From positions 4,832,001 to 4,896,000 of the forward strand of contig OZ240245.1 of NCBI GenBank assembly GCA_965198175.1: DNA of 64,000 nt. Direction: 5' to 3'. The DNA is from Candidatus Poribacteria bacterium (GTDB taxonomy: Bacteria > Poribacteria > WGA-4E > PCPOR2b). Shown in pieces: positions 41,135 through 51,698 of this stretch (the stretch's first letter is position 1; every line of letters starts with the position of its first letter). The position numbers were made by a program, and so were the translations under genes. The notes below the pieces were generated by a model. That model was not told the origin of the DNA. It saw only the letters and a program-made list of their open reading frames with translations, and did not search any database.

Positions 41135-42025
41135 ATGACGGAAAAACGAAGTTTCAAAAACCCGTACCATCAGACTCAGTCCGAACTCGCAGAATGGCTC
41201 GTGCTGTTTGCGCAGGACCATAGCACCGCCGAAGTCGCGGACGCGCTTGTCGATCGGTATCCGGAGCGTTCAAGCGGCGATCCAAAAGCCGACCGCCGCT
41301 TGGCGAAGGAAGCCGTCTGCACCGTCAACCCGAACGATAGCCGTTACAACGCAGAAAAATGGGCTAACCAATATAGGCTAATGCAGGCTAATTATTTTGA
41401 AGAACGAGAAAACCGCATGCGGCAACTCGCATCCAAGTCTGTGAGCGCATTAAACGCTACATTTGACAATCTAGAATCTACAATTTCATCCCTTAGCCCA
41501 AAAGAGCAAATTTCGCTTGTTCCGAAAGCGCTGTTAACGCTAAGTCAAGCCGTTAAGAACGTCACACCGCCCGCTCCTCAAACCGAACCGGATATCTCGG
41601 AAGAGGATGCTGAATCTGAAGAAAGAGCTAAAACGCTAGCGGAATTAGAAGAACTTACGAGTCAAGAAATGGAGAAAATTGCCCGAGAAATGCTGTGGGA
41701 AGGGAAAAGCTTTGACGAAATAACAGCACGGACGTCCGTCGATGAAGACCAAATCAAAAATGACTTGGCGCGTCAATGGGTGGAAGACGAGGTAATCCGT
41801 ATGATAAATGGCGGAATGAATCGCGAGCAAATTCGCGGGCAAACCAAAATTCCCTATGCCTACATTGATTACCTAATGGACCACGCAGATGACCACAGAA
41901 TATATCCGTTTGCCTTACAGGAAGAGGAACCGCCGACCGACTACGAGGAATCCGGAGCGCTATCAGACAACGGAAGTGGCGAGGATTTAGCTGCTGATTC
42001 GGACGCAGCCCCCAATCTGTATTAA
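41135..42025 (+). CDS. hypothetical helical protein with an acidic tail
   Basis: 296-aa ORF with GGAGAGGTG SD. Confidence 0.75.
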   Translation: MTEKRSFKNPYHQTQSELAEWLVLFAQDHSTAEVADALVDRYPERSSGDPKADRRLAKEAVCTVNPNDSRYNAEKWANQYRLMQANYFEERENRMRQLASKSVSALNATFDNLESTISSLSPKEQISLVPKALLTLSQAVKNVTPPAPQTEPDISEEDAESEERAKTLAELEELTSQEMEKIAREMLWEGKSFDEITARTSVDEDQIKNDLARQWVEDEVIRMINGGMNREQIRGQTKIPYAYIDYLMDHADDHRIYPFALQEEEPPTDYEESGALSDNGSGEDLAADSDAAPNLY

Positions 42026-42221
42026 ACCGTCAATCGTGGCCGCATCCCACGCAAACCATAGCGCTATTTTTCAAAGACGATGTGAATCGCGCTTATGGCT
42101 ATTCAACTGCAGTAATGGTAGCAACTTCGACGTTGATTGTCACTGAAAAATTCAGTCTGATTCCTTATCAACGGGGCATTTAAATGTGTGTAAATTTAAA
42201 TGCAAATGGCTATAAACGTAC

Positions 42222-42830
42222 ATGTCCCCCAAAATCTCAGGCATTATCCTCGCAGCCGGGCTGTCCACTCGCATCGGCGAACCGAAACAACTTCTGCCTT
42301 TCAGGGGAAGTACGATAATCGAAACCGTAATCGACAACCTGCTCGGATCGAAGCTCGACGAGGTGGTTGTTGTCGTAGGCCATGAAGCGGAAAAAATTAA
42401 AGCCTGCATCCGGCACAAACCGGTCAAGATTGTGTTCAATCCCGATTACCGGAACGGGATGCTAACATCTGCACAGTGCGGCGTGCGCGCTATCTCCGAT
42501 TCGGCGGATGCGTTTGCGTTGACGCTCGTGGATCAACCGTTCATCACATCGAATCTAATTGATCTGGTCGTTGATGCGCATACACAAACTGACCGCGGGA
42601 TTACGATTCCGAGTTATGACAATCGTCGTGGACATCCCGTCATTTTCGATTGCCGTTATGCCGCTGATGTTCTCGCGCTTGAGCCGGAGAACGGCGGTGT
42701 CAGATCGCTTTTTCGGAAAAATGCGTACGACATTCATTACGTCGTTGTCGATACCGATCATGTGATAAGAGACATCGACTATCGTAAAGATTACGAGGAA
42801 GCATTAGGGGAAGCGGGAGCCCGCCGATAG
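42222..42830 (+). CDS. mocA: molybdenum cofactor cytidylyltransferase (MocA/YgfJ-like nucleotidyltransferase)
   Basis: ILAAGLSTRIGEPKQLL, NPDY..GM..S, LVDQP, GHPV and DID. Confidence 0.8.
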   Translation: MSPKISGIILAAGLSTRIGEPKQLLPFRGSTIIETVIDNLLGSKLDEVVVVVGHEAEKIKACIRHKPVKIVFNPDYRNGMLTSAQCGVRAISDSADAFALTLVDQPFITSNLIDLVVDAHTQTDRGITIPSYDNRRGHPVIFDCRYAADVLALEPENGGVRSLFRKNAYDIHYVVVDTDHVIRDIDYRKDYEEALGEAGARR

Positions 42831-42910
42831 GAGTATCGGTTGGGCAATACGAATCACACTATACAGCATGGGAGATTCGATTTAGGCTTGATTTTTCTCG
42901 AATAATACCA

Positions 42911-43870
42911 ATGAACATCCAACTATACTATTATATCCGCAGATTCTGGCTGTTTTCGTTGCTTCTTTTGCTGAACCTCAACGCGACACAGGTCATAGCC
43001 GCACGATCTCTCTTTGAGACCACTGAAATTGGGGCGTCATATCTGGTCCAGGCACAAAACCCCGATGGAGGTTGGCCCCTCATCGCAGGCGGAGAGAGTG
43101 ACGTTGAAGTCACAGCGCTTGTTATGCAAGCCCTGATGTTTACGGGTTGGGGCACAGGCTCAAGTGTAATTCGTAGAGGAGTGGTCTATCTGATAGCTCA
43201 ACAGAAAGAAGACGGCAGTTGGAACGGAAACACAGTGCACACGGCTTTTGTCCTCATGGCGCTCGCACAAGCAGGAACCGATGCGGAGGCTCGGTTCAAG
43301 GGGCTCAAATGGCTAAAAGGGGTTCAAAACGAGGATGGGAGTTGGGGCCGCGAAATCTACCAACCCGGCAATCCCCTCTACACAGGCGCCATCTTGGCGG
43401 GTCTTAGAAGGCTCGGCTTCAAACAGAGCTTCTCCCCTATACCAAAAGCCACCAGTTGGCTTGAAAAACGAATCAACGTAGATGGTGGTTGGTCGTTGGC
43501 GCGTGGCGGGAGATCCAACGTTCTCGTTACGTCATGGGTATTGCAAGGCTTATCACTGGTCTACGATATTGACGCGCAACTTGCATGGTTAAAACAGATG
43601 CAAAATAAGGACGGCGGATTCGGCATACGGAAGAGTGAGCCCAGCGACCCTGAGATCACAGCTTATGCGATTCTGGCGCTAGTTGCAGGCGGAGATCCCC
43701 TAAATACCGACAAGGTTGCTATCGGTTACTTGAGGGAAATCCAGCAGGAAGATGGAAGTTTTGTCAGCGCTACCCCTATTGAAATCAAGACGCCAAAGGC
43801 AAATCTACAAACAACCAGCTTTGTCCTGTGGGCGATATATGCAAGGCAAGCCGAAGAAAGCTCGGAATAG
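42911..43870 (+). CDS. secreted prenyltransferase/squalene-oxidase-repeat (QW motif) protein
   Basis: Signal peptide and six QxxDGxW/F-type repeats. Confidence 0.8.
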   Translation: MNIQLYYYIRRFWLFSLLLLLNLNATQVIAARSLFETTEIGASYLVQAQNPDGGWPLIAGGESDVEVTALVMQALMFTGWGTGSSVIRRGVVYLIAQQKEDGSWNGNTVHTAFVLMALAQAGTDAEARFKGLKWLKGVQNEDGSWGREIYQPGNPLYTGAILAGLRRLGFKQSFSPIPKATSWLEKRINVDGGWSLARGGRSNVLVTSWVLQGLSLVYDIDAQLAWLKQMQNKDGGFGIRKSEPSDPEITAYAILALVAGGDPLNTDKVAIGYLREIQQEDGSFVSATPIEIKTPKANLQTTSFVLWAIYARQAEESSE

Positions 43871-43874
43871 CCGC

Positions 43875-43974
43875 GTAGGTTCGGTTGAACGGTTATACCC
43901 AATCCCCTTAAGGGCGGTTGAGTGTCTGACCTTCAACAATACCGGCTTATAGGACGAATTGAGTGAAACCCAAC
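43875..43974. repeat. GTAG REP-like half element
   Basis: gtaggttcggttgaac ... gagtgaaacccaac. Confidence 0.6.
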
Positions 43975-43999
43975 ACAAACTCAACACAAGGAGATGTAA

Positions 44000-44764
44000 A
44001 TGCCGCAAATAGAAATAGGTATTGCTATCGTTGTAGGTTTGGTGCTTATCCTAACCTCCGTGCGCATTCTCAAAGAGTATGAACGAGCCGTAGTCTTTCG
44101 GCTCGGACGTTTAAGTGGCGTGCGGGGTCCCGGATTCGTTCTGCTGATTCCATTCTGGATTGAGCGGATGCAGCGAGTCAGCCTGCGTACCATTGTACAA
44201 GATGTGACGCCTCAAGACGTAATCACCCGAGACAACGTCTCGGTAAACGTGAATGCAGTGCTGTCTTTTCGGGTCGTCAAACCGGAGAAGGCAGTTATCG
44301 AAGTAGAGGACTTCGGGTTTGCCATCAGCCAACTTGCTCAGACGACGCTTCGAAGTGTTCTCGGTCGTGCGGAACTCGATGAACTCCTGGCTGAACGAGA
44401 GAAACTGAATCAGGACTTGGAGGAAATCATCAGAAAGCACAGCGAAGACTGGGGGGTTCACGTTCTTGCTATGGAAATCAAACACGTGGATCTCCCATCG
44501 GAAATGCAACGTGCAATGGCAAAACAGGCGGAAGCGGAACGAGAACGCCGAGCGAAATTGACACATGCCGCGGGAGAGTTGGAATCCTCAACAGCGTTAA
44601 CAGAGGCGGCGACAATTTTGAGCAGGAATCCGACCGGCATCCAGCTTCGCTTCTTACAAGCCCTCATCGAAGTGGCTGCCGAGAAAAACTCGACACTAGT
44701 CTTCCCAATCCCAATCGATCTACTAACCCCGTTTATAACAAAAAGCGATCTGCCGACCGAATAG
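44000..44764 (+). CDS. SPFH/band-7 stomatin-like (slipin) protein
   Basis: [31 protein letters not shown] and [11 protein letters not shown]. Confidence 0.92.
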   Translation: MPQIEIGIAIVVGLVLILTSVRILKEYERAVVFRLGRLSGVRGPGFVLLIPFWIERMQRVSLRTIVQDVTPQDVITRDNVSVNVNAVLSFRVVKPEKAVIEVEDFGFAISQLAQTTLRSVLGRAELDELLAEREKLNQDLEEIIRKHSEDWGVHVLAMEIKHVDLPSEMQRAMAKQAEAERERRAKLTHAAGELESSTALTEAATILSRNPTGIQLRFLQALIEVAAEKNSTLVFPIPIDLLTPFITKSDLPTE

Positions 44765-44769
44765 TGAGG

Positions 44770-44855
44770 GATCAACTGAGTGAATAACGAGGGCGATAGT
44801 CTATAGTCTTCGAAGGCTGTAAAATATATCGCCCTCCCTATTCGGTCGGATGATT
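44770..44855. repeat. degenerate copy of the 51699-51769 palindromic element
   Basis: aactgagtgaataacgagggcgatagt ... tatcgccctccctattcggtc. Confidence 0.7.
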
Positions 44856-44891
44856 CCCTCGCTATTAGCTCAATTGATCGGAGAAAAAACG

Positions 44892-45410
44892 ATGGAATCC
44901 TCGACAAGCACTGAACAACATAGAAAGTTAGCTGAAGAACATGGTCCCGTCCCCGTGGCAATTGTCACTGTAAGTGACACGCGAACACCAGAAACAGATA
45001 AGAATGCGGCATATCTTCGTCAGCAGTTGACAGAAGATGGGCACACTGTAACGGCGTATCAACTGATTAAGGACGAACCAACCCAGGTGGATGCTGTTCT
45101 CGATGCGTTGGCGGACGGTGAGGCGCGTGTGATTCTGTTCAACGGCGGGACAGGGATTGCCCCGCGCGATAACACCTTTGATGTATTAAGCCGAAAACTT
45201 GAGAAGACCTTGCCCGGTTTCGGCGAGTTGTTTCGAATGTTTAGCTACAATCAGGTGGGCGCGGCAGCAATGCTTTCGCGCGCTACGGCAGGTGTATACC
45301 GTGGGAAAGTGGTCATCTCTACGCCGGGGTCGTCGGCAGCCGTGCAGTTAGCATGGGAGAAACTCATTGGTCCAGAGCTGCAACATCTAGCATGGGAGGT
45401 AGGACGGTAA
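44892..45410 (+). CDS. moaB: molybdenum cofactor biosynthesis protein B (MoaB/MogA)
   Basis: [33 protein letters not shown] and PGS. Confidence 0.9.
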   Translation: MESSTSTEQHRKLAEEHGPVPVAIVTVSDTRTPETDKNAAYLRQQLTEDGHTVTAYQLIKDEPTQVDAVLDALADGEARVILFNGGTGIAPRDNTFDVLSRKLEKTLPGFGELFRMFSYNQVGAAAMLSRATAGVYRGKVVISTPGSSAAVQLAWEKLIGPELQHLAWEVGR

Positions 45411-45420
45411 GCCGAAGAGG

Positions 45421-46386
45421 CTAGTTCAGAAACGCTTCAATCTCCGATGCCGTCGGTAGTGCCGGAATACATCCCACCTGCTGCGTGCTCAATGCGCCTG
45501 CCGCATTCGCATAGGTCATGATGTTGCGGAGTTGACCCTCATTGAGTCGAAGTGGCTCTCGCCCCGCGCCTACCGTCTGCATCAACTTCACCAGCATCGC
45601 TGCAACAAACCCATCACCTGCGCCAAGCGGATCAACGACATCGACCTGAAATCCGTCTACATATCCCTGATTACTGCCATCGTTGTAATAACAGCCGTGC
45701 TCACCTCGCGTCACGACGACCAGATCCACACCGACGTCCAGAATGCGTTCACTACCGCGTTGTAAATCCGATGTATCTGTCACAAATTCCCACTCCTCCT
45801 CGGCAAGTTTTGCAACATCTGCATACGGCATGGCTTCCCATATCCAGCGTTTAGCATCAGCCGGACTATCCCACAGCACCAACCGCAGATTCGGGTCGTA
45901 GGACAGAAACGCACCGGCGTCCTTCGCACACTGTATCGCCTTTAGTGTTGCGTCACGGCTCGGCTGATGACTCAAACTGACGGATCCGTAATGGAACAAA
46001 TCTGCAGATTGAAGGTAGGTTTCGTCGATTTCGTCAGGTGTGAGAAGCATATCTGCCCCGGGATTGCGATAACAAATGATGTCCTTCATCCCATCGGATC
46101 GCGTCGCAACAAATGCTAGTGTTGTGCGGCATCCTGTCCCCGATATGAGGCACGATGTATCGACACCGTTCTCTTCGAGCGTCGTTCGCAGGGAATCTCC
46201 AAATGGGTCATCGCCAACTTTGCCGATAAACCCTGAATCTATCCCGACTCTCGACAATCCAACGGCGACATTCGCCGGCGCACCGCCTGGCGCTTTGGTG
46301 AACCCGGCGCATTCTGCAAGGCACCTATCAGTTGTTGTTGAGACAAAATCAATGACCAACTCACCGATACAGATGGCTTTGGACAT
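45421..46386 (-). CDS. PfkB-family carbohydrate kinase (fructokinase-like)
   Basis: PGGAPANVA, SYDPNLR and DPLGAGDGF. Confidence 0.9.
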   Translation of the reverse strand: MSKAICIGELVIDFVSTTTDRCLAECAGFTKAPGGAPANVAVGLSRVGIDSGFIGKVGDDPFGDSLRTTLEENGVDTSCLISGTGCRTTLAFVATRSDGMKDIICYRNPGADMLLTPDEIDETYLQSADLFHYGSVSLSHQPSRDATLKAIQCAKDAGAFLSYDPNLRLVLWDSPADAKRWIWEAMPYADVAKLAEEEWEFVTDTSDLQRGSERILDVGVDLVVVTRGEHGCYYNDGSNQGYVDGFQVDVVDPLGAGDGFVAAMLVKLMQTVGAGREPLRLNEGQLRNIMTYANAAGALSTQQVGCIPALPTASEIEAFLN

Positions 46387-46604
46387 ATTTCACCGCTTGT
46401 TCAGAAGGTAGTTCATGTTTTTCCAGGGGGCGCTACTTCGTTGAAGCGTTTCGGGATAATCTCAAAATTAGCGCCTAATGCGACCGTCCTTAAAGGTAGC
46501 ACGGTTTGAAATAAGCTGCAAGTGAAATTTCGCGGAAATTTATCAAAACCGACAGTTGAGCGGATTATCACCTGCACTACCCAACGCATAATCATATTTC
46601 CCAA

Positions 46605-46633
46605 TTGACAAAAAACGTAGAAACAGTTATAAT
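46605..46633 (+). promoter_or_regulatory. consensus sigma70 promoter for the helicase
   Basis: TTGACA-17-TATAAT perfect consensus. Confidence 0.8.
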
Positions 46634-46661
46634 CATGCGGTGTATTATCGGGGAAACATAG

Positions 46662-49037
46662 ATGAATTATAAAAACTTCAAGCTAGATCGGTTTCAAGAG
46701 GAAGCAATCTATGCAATAGATAGAAACCATTCCGTTATCGTCACCGCGCCAACAGGAGCCGGCAAAACGGTTATTGCCGAATATGTTGTCGAAGAGTGTA
46801 TTCGGATGGGTCGTCGCGTCATCTATACCGCGCCGATTAAAGCTCTAAGTAATCAGAAGTACCGAGACTTTTATCAACAATACAGAGATGCCATCGGTAT
46901 CGTCACGGGGGATGTAACGCTCAATTCATCCGCTCAAGTTTTACTCATGACGACGGAGATTTTCCGGAATACAATTTTTGATGACATCACCCGCCTAGAA
47001 GGTATCGAGTATGTCATCTTCGACGAGATCCACTACATCAATGATATTGAGCGCGGAACGGTTTGGGAAGAGAGCATCATTTTTGCACCACAGCACATCA
47101 AATTCGTCTGCTTGAGCGCAACGATTCCGAATATTCATCAATTTGCGGAATGGATGCGAAGCGTTCGGGAGGGAAGAATTGAGGTCGTTGAAGATGTTGA
47201 ACGACCAGTACCCCTGGAACATCGCCTTTACCTTGAAGGCTACGGAATTGGCAATATCGGCGATTTTCGCGGAATTCAGGAAGAGATTGGCCTCGCCAAA
47301 TTTCACAATCAATCTGTGGACGAAATTGTCGCTGGCAAATTTCCCGAGGTCATACGCTCCGACTTAATTCAGTATATCCATAAGAAGCATCGACTCCCTT
47401 GTCTCTATTTTTGTTTTAGCCGTAAGGGGTGCGAGCAAAACGCCGAATATTATGCCAACCACAATTTTTTGACAGACAAAGATCGTGATGAGATTCTTCG
47501 CGTGTTTGATTCACTCTGCGCACGCTACAGCATTCATGGTGAAAAGAACATTAAAGAGTTTCGGTATCTTGTCTCTAAGGGTGTCGTATATCACCATGCT
47601 GGCATGCTACCGACTCTAAAAGAAGTAGTTGAACACCTGTTTGCATCGGGGCGGATTCAACTGCTTTTCACAACGGAGACGTTCGCTGTCGGAATCAATA
47701 TGCCGGTGTGCACCGCTGTCTTCAACAGCCTAGAAAAGTACGATGGGATTAACTTTCGATATTTGAAAACACGTGAATACCACCAAATGGCGGGACGTGC
47801 TGGACGCCGTGGAATTGATTCAGTCGGTTATGTTTATGCGCGCGTCAATCCCCGATTTGCCGATGTCGATCAGATTCAGCGAATCATCTCGGATGAAATT
47901 GAACCCATCGAAAGTCAATTCAACCTATCTTACTCAAGCATCCTGAACCTTTATGAAAAACACGGCGATGACATTTATGATGTCTGCACTTCAAGCCTAA
48001 GTAATTTCCAGAACTACGAACGAATCAACGAAATTGATTCAGAACTGAAAGGACTAAAGAGGGTATTCAAGCGCCTGCCGCACCCTGTGTGTATTCATGA
48101 GGGCATTGATGCATCCGAGCAAATCAGCGGTTATAGCCGCCTCTTAAACCGCCTTGAAGAGCAATCTCATCTCTTGAGAATGGAACGCGCGGAGGTAAAG
48201 CGAAAACAACGCGGACGAGGGAGTCAGAAGCTACGTTTGAAGAAACTTACGCGAATCAAGCGCCAGCTTCGGGGTATTGAATCCACGAAACGTGAAAATC
48301 TCTGCTGCGGCTGTGAACAGCTCAAATTGTGCCTCACCCGGCACCAAAAAATTGAGAATTCTGCGGACCATATTCGTGACCTCCAAGATCGGAGGGCATA
48401 TTACAAGAATTATCAACGCAATCAAATTGCCAACCGTCTGAAAGTGCTCGAAAAACTTGGCTATATCAATGAATCCGGACCGCTGCCCAGAGGAAGTATT
48501 GCTTCCCAAATCTACGGCTACGAAATTCAGATTACCCAGTTGCTCTTCAGTGGATTCTTTGAAAACGCAGTTGAAGACCAAATCAATGTGCTCATCATGG
48601 CGATTGTCTGCGAATCGAGAAAGGACCTCCAACACTACCGGAAGTTGAAAGACAAAAGATTGACACTGTTGTTGCAGGAAGTTGACAGTGAAATTGAGCA
48701 CGTTCGAGCCTTGGAAAGGAAGTATCGGGTAGTCGAGGAGATTCCCAAGCTGGAGTCGAAACTGAGTACAGCCATCCTCGCGTGGAGCCAGGGATGTGAC
48801 TTTGAGGAACTTCACCAATATGTGAATCTAGCGGATGGCGACTTTGTCCGGTCGTTTCGGCTAGTCATCGATCTGCTTGGACAGATGCGCCGGGCGATGG
48901 TCGGTCACACCGCGCTTCTGGACAAGCTAGGTCGGTGTATTGATAAAATCAATCGAGACGTAGTGGATGCGGAACGCCAACTGCGGATCGGTCAAGTTCA
49001 GCAATCTACTGATAGCGACATCACTGTCAGCCCATAG
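46662..49037 (+). CDS. helY: Ski2-like DExH RNA helicase (HelY family)
   Basis: APTGAGKT, PIKALSNQKY, DEIH, SAT, QMAGRAGRRG and a DSHCT-like DGDFVR C-terminus. Confidence 0.88.
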   Translation: MNYKNFKLDRFQEEAIYAIDRNHSVIVTAPTGAGKTVIAEYVVEECIRMGRRVIYTAPIKALSNQKYRDFYQQYRDAIGIVTGDVTLNSSAQVLLMTTEIFRNTIFDDITRLEGIEYVIFDEIHYINDIERGTVWEESIIFAPQHIKFVCLSATIPNIHQFAEWMRSVREGRIEVVEDVERPVPLEHRLYLEGYGIGNIGDFRGIQEEIGLAKFHNQSVDEIVAGKFPEVIRSDLIQYIHKKHRLPCLYFCFSRKGCEQNAEYYANHNFLTDKDRDEILRVFDSLCARYSIHGEKNIKEFRYLVSKGVVYHHAGMLPTLKEVVEHLFASGRIQLLFTTETFAVGINMPVCTAVFNSLEKYDGINFRYLKTREYHQMAGRAGRRGIDSVGYVYARVNPRFADVDQIQRIISDEIEPIESQFNLSYSSILNLYEKHGDDIYDVCTSSLSNFQNYERINEIDSELKGLKRVFKRLPHPVCIHEGIDASEQISGYSRLLNRLEEQSHLLRMERAEVKRKQRGRGSQKLRLKKLTRIKRQLRGIESTKRENLCCGCEQLKLCLTRHQKIENSADHIRDLQDRRAYYKNYQRNQIANRLKVLEKLGYINESGPLPRGSIASQIYGYEIQITQLLFSGFFENAVEDQINVLIMAIVCESRKDLQHYRKLKDKRLTLLLQEVDSEIEHVRALERKYRVVEEIPKLESKLSTAILAWSQGCDFEELHQYVNLADGDFVRSFRLVIDLLGQMRRAMVGHTALLDKLGRCIDKINRDVVDAERQLRIGQVQQSTDSDITVSP

Positions 49038-49171
49038 CAACTGATAATTCTGGCATGAGTTAATGATAGACAGCCCTGTTTGTAGTAGGTATCGGATTGC
49101 GGTTTGACGGTAAATCCTAACGCCTAAGCTCGAAATACCTAATATCTGTCTTCACGGACCTGGAGCTTATA

Positions 49172-50071
49172 ATGACCAAAAAACTTCTCAAGTTGTGCGT
49201 TGTTCCAATTGGGATCGCCACGCTCTTAATGGGATGTGGTAGCCAAAATGAAAACCTCGCGAAAGGGAAAGAACTCATTAAATCGGATAAACGGAATAAA
49301 GAGGCGCGCGCGGTTGAGCGATTTAAGGCAGCAATCAAAGAGGAGCCCGATAACGCGGAGGCGCACTATCTTCTCGGACATTACGATGCTGAGGACTTCT
49401 ATACTGAAGAACGTGCGGCAGCTAGGATGAAAGCCTCCGTTGAAGAACGAGGTAAGCACATGTTTATCGCTTACCAGAACGATAAGCGCAAGTACCTAGA
49501 AATCCTCGTGTTTGAGACCTTAAGGCATAAATCACTTGAAGTGCAAGAAGCAGCACTTGAGGCGCTCAAGCTCGTTTACACGCAGGGGGATCGGAATAAT
49601 CTTCTCAAGGCGCTCAGAAAAGCCATTAAATCCAAGGATAATCGTGATCGGCATGATGCACAGCGCGTGCTAGCGTCAATCGCAAAGCAAGATCCAAACA
49701 CAATCATGCCTATCCTCGAAGAATTGATGGATTACAAGCGGATGGAAACGCGCTTGAATGTGGTTAAAGCACTGGGTGATATTGGTGATGAGCGTGCAAT
49801 ACCAGTGCTGGTCAAGGTTATCAACTCTGGATCCGCCAAACGCAAGAAAGATAGAGAAGCTTCCGAAGTACGACGGCTCGCGGTTGAAGCGTTAGGCAAG
49901 ATTGGTGGCTCTGCCGTACAGGAGTTAGTCCAGCTCGTCGAAAACAAAGGGTCTGCCATGCGGGTTGATGCAATTCAAGCGCTAGAAAAACTGGGCGATG
50001 AAAGAGCAGTTAAGCCCTTGTTGAATGTTTTGAGCGAACAAGGCAGCCGAGAAGTTGTCGCCGAGTTTTGA
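49172..50071 (+). CDS. lipoprotein with TPR-like and HEAT repeats
   Basis: Lipobox LLMGC, PDNAEAHYLLG (TPR-like) and ALG.IGDERA HEAT repeats. Confidence 0.75.
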   Translation: MTKKLLKLCVVPIGIATLLMGCGSQNENLAKGKELIKSDKRNKEARAVERFKAAIKEEPDNAEAHYLLGHYDAEDFYTEERAAARMKASVEERGKHMFIAYQNDKRKYLEILVFETLRHKSLEVQEAALEALKLVYTQGDRNNLLKALRKAIKSKDNRDRHDAQRVLASIAKQDPNTIMPILEELMDYKRMETRLNVVKALGDIGDERAIPVLVKVINSGSAKRKKDREASEVRRLAVEALGKIGGSAVQELVQLVENKGSAMRVDAIQALEKLGDERAVKPLLNVLSEQGSREVVAEF

Positions 50072-50199
50072 TAGTTAGATCGTCTCATGACGCCAATCTA
50101 ACGAGGAACTAACGGACGCCACGGTTGCTTGTCGTACGCATTCACTTCCAAATTTCAAACTAGCACATTTGGTGAATACCTAACTTTCGGAAAGGAGAT

Positions 50200-51630
50200 T
50201 TGATGATTCGGAAACCACAGCATTACTTGCTTTTAATAAGCCTTCTAGTCTGCCTACTTGCGCTCGGCTGCGGCGACAATCGTTATTACGACGATCAACT
50301 TCAGATGGAAGTCCAGCAGCTAGACAGCGACCTCGATAACCGATGGTCAACAACCGGCGTGGTAATTATCAACGTCGAGGAACATGGCTCCGCAGCGAGA
50401 GCGAAACTTGAACCCGGTGAACTAATCTCCTATGTGATCGGCGAACGACCCATCAACGAAAGCGGGGACTACGATGAGAAAAAGGCACTGAAAGATGACA
50501 ACAATTTTATCCTGAGGCTAACGGACGGTAGAGAAATTCGCATGTCAGTCCGAAGGACGGGCGATAAGGTCGGCTTGCGCGTCAATGGTAATCGGGTCAG
50601 TAAAGTCACACCGGGGAGTTCTGCTGATATAGCCAATATTAAAGTGGGGGATACCATCGAGAGTATCATTGATGAGCGAAATATCCAAACCATTAAGGAC
50701 TACAAGAAAGCAATTCGCGAATTTTCCAAATACGATTCCAAAGTCAAATTTCGGACGACGGAACTCATTGGTGTAAAAATCGCAGCAGTCATTGCACTGG
50801 GAAATCTGGGGGATGCGCAAGCGGTCGATGATTTAACAGAAATCCTTGAAAAAAGTCCGGAAATCTCTTTGCGGAAACCCGCTGCCAAAGCGCTGGAGCG
50901 CCTCGTGACGTTGGGTCAGTTGGATAGTCTATTTCAACAATTTCGGCAGGCGGGTACAGACGAGCTTCCCGCGGATGAATTGCATCTACACCAGCGTGAA
51001 TCCGCTGAAATCCTTGGGCTGCTCACTATCGATCTTGGGGAAAATCGGGCAGTCCTCACAGATCCATTCGGCACGCAATTTCGACACAGATTCGAAGCGC
51101 TCCGTCAAAAGGTCAATAAAGAGCGCATGGTGGAGTTGGCAAGGCATTATATTAAGCGTGCGGTCGAACCGGATCAAGAAATCCGACGCGCTTGTCTCTC
51201 CATCCTGGGAAATCTAAAACCGCCGTCCGCTATCGAAGATCTGATCGCAGTGATGCAGGATGGCGAGGAGGTTCCCGGCGTTCGTTTTCAGGCAGGGCTC
51301 ACCCTCAGTCAGATTGGCGCGCCCGCCGTTGATTCGCTCATTGCAGCTTTCAAACGCGGTGATGCGAGTGTCAAAGATATCGCAGCGTCCGCGCTCGGTA
51401 ACATCGGTGGAGCCAAAGCACGCAACGAGCTAATCGAAGCCTTGAGGCTGTCCACGGATGCAACGATTAAACTGACTGTCGTTGATGCAATCGCCAAGAT
51501 TGGGGATAGTGTTTCAATCCAAGTGCTCCGCAAAACCCTACAAGCACAACAGCAGCAGCCTCAAGAGGATAGTGGCTTAGGCACATTCCTCGCTGAATTA
51601 CTTGACCAGATTGAATCTCAATCCATGTAG
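50200..51630 (+). CDS. lipoprotein with tandem PDZ-like domains and HEAT repeats
   Basis: Lipobox LALGC; V...GSAARAKLEPGELI and VTPGSSADIANIKVGDTI PDZ motifs; C-terminal HEAT repeats; AAAGGAG SD. Confidence 0.75.
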   Translation: MMIRKPQHYLLLISLLVCLLALGCGDNRYYDDQLQMEVQQLDSDLDNRWSTTGVVIINVEEHGSAARAKLEPGELISYVIGERPINESGDYDEKKALKDDNNFILRLTDGREIRMSVRRTGDKVGLRVNGNRVSKVTPGSSADIANIKVGDTIESIIDERNIQTIKDYKKAIREFSKYDSKVKFRTTELIGVKIAAVIALGNLGDAQAVDDLTEILEKSPEISLRKPAAKALERLVTLGQLDSLFQQFRQAGTDELPADELHLHQRESAEILGLLTIDLGENRAVLTDPFGTQFRHRFEALRQKVNKERMVELARHYIKRAVEPDQEIRRACLSILGNLKPPSAIEDLIAVMQDGEEVPGVRFQAGLTLSQIGAPAVDSLIAAFKRGDASVKDIAASALGNIGGAKARNELIEALRLSTDATIKLTVVDAIAKIGDSVSIQVLRKTLQAQQQQPQEDSGLGTFLAELLDQIESQSM

Positions 51631-51698
51631 CGCTTTGCTTGCACGGTGAACCTAATCCCACCACATATCACGATCAAGCGAACGGATAGTGAGCGATT

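Noticed and set aside
50071..50200. Frameshift or readthrough fusing the two lipoproteins
   Set aside because: Tandem stops (TGA TAG), and the second gene has its own SD and lipobox.
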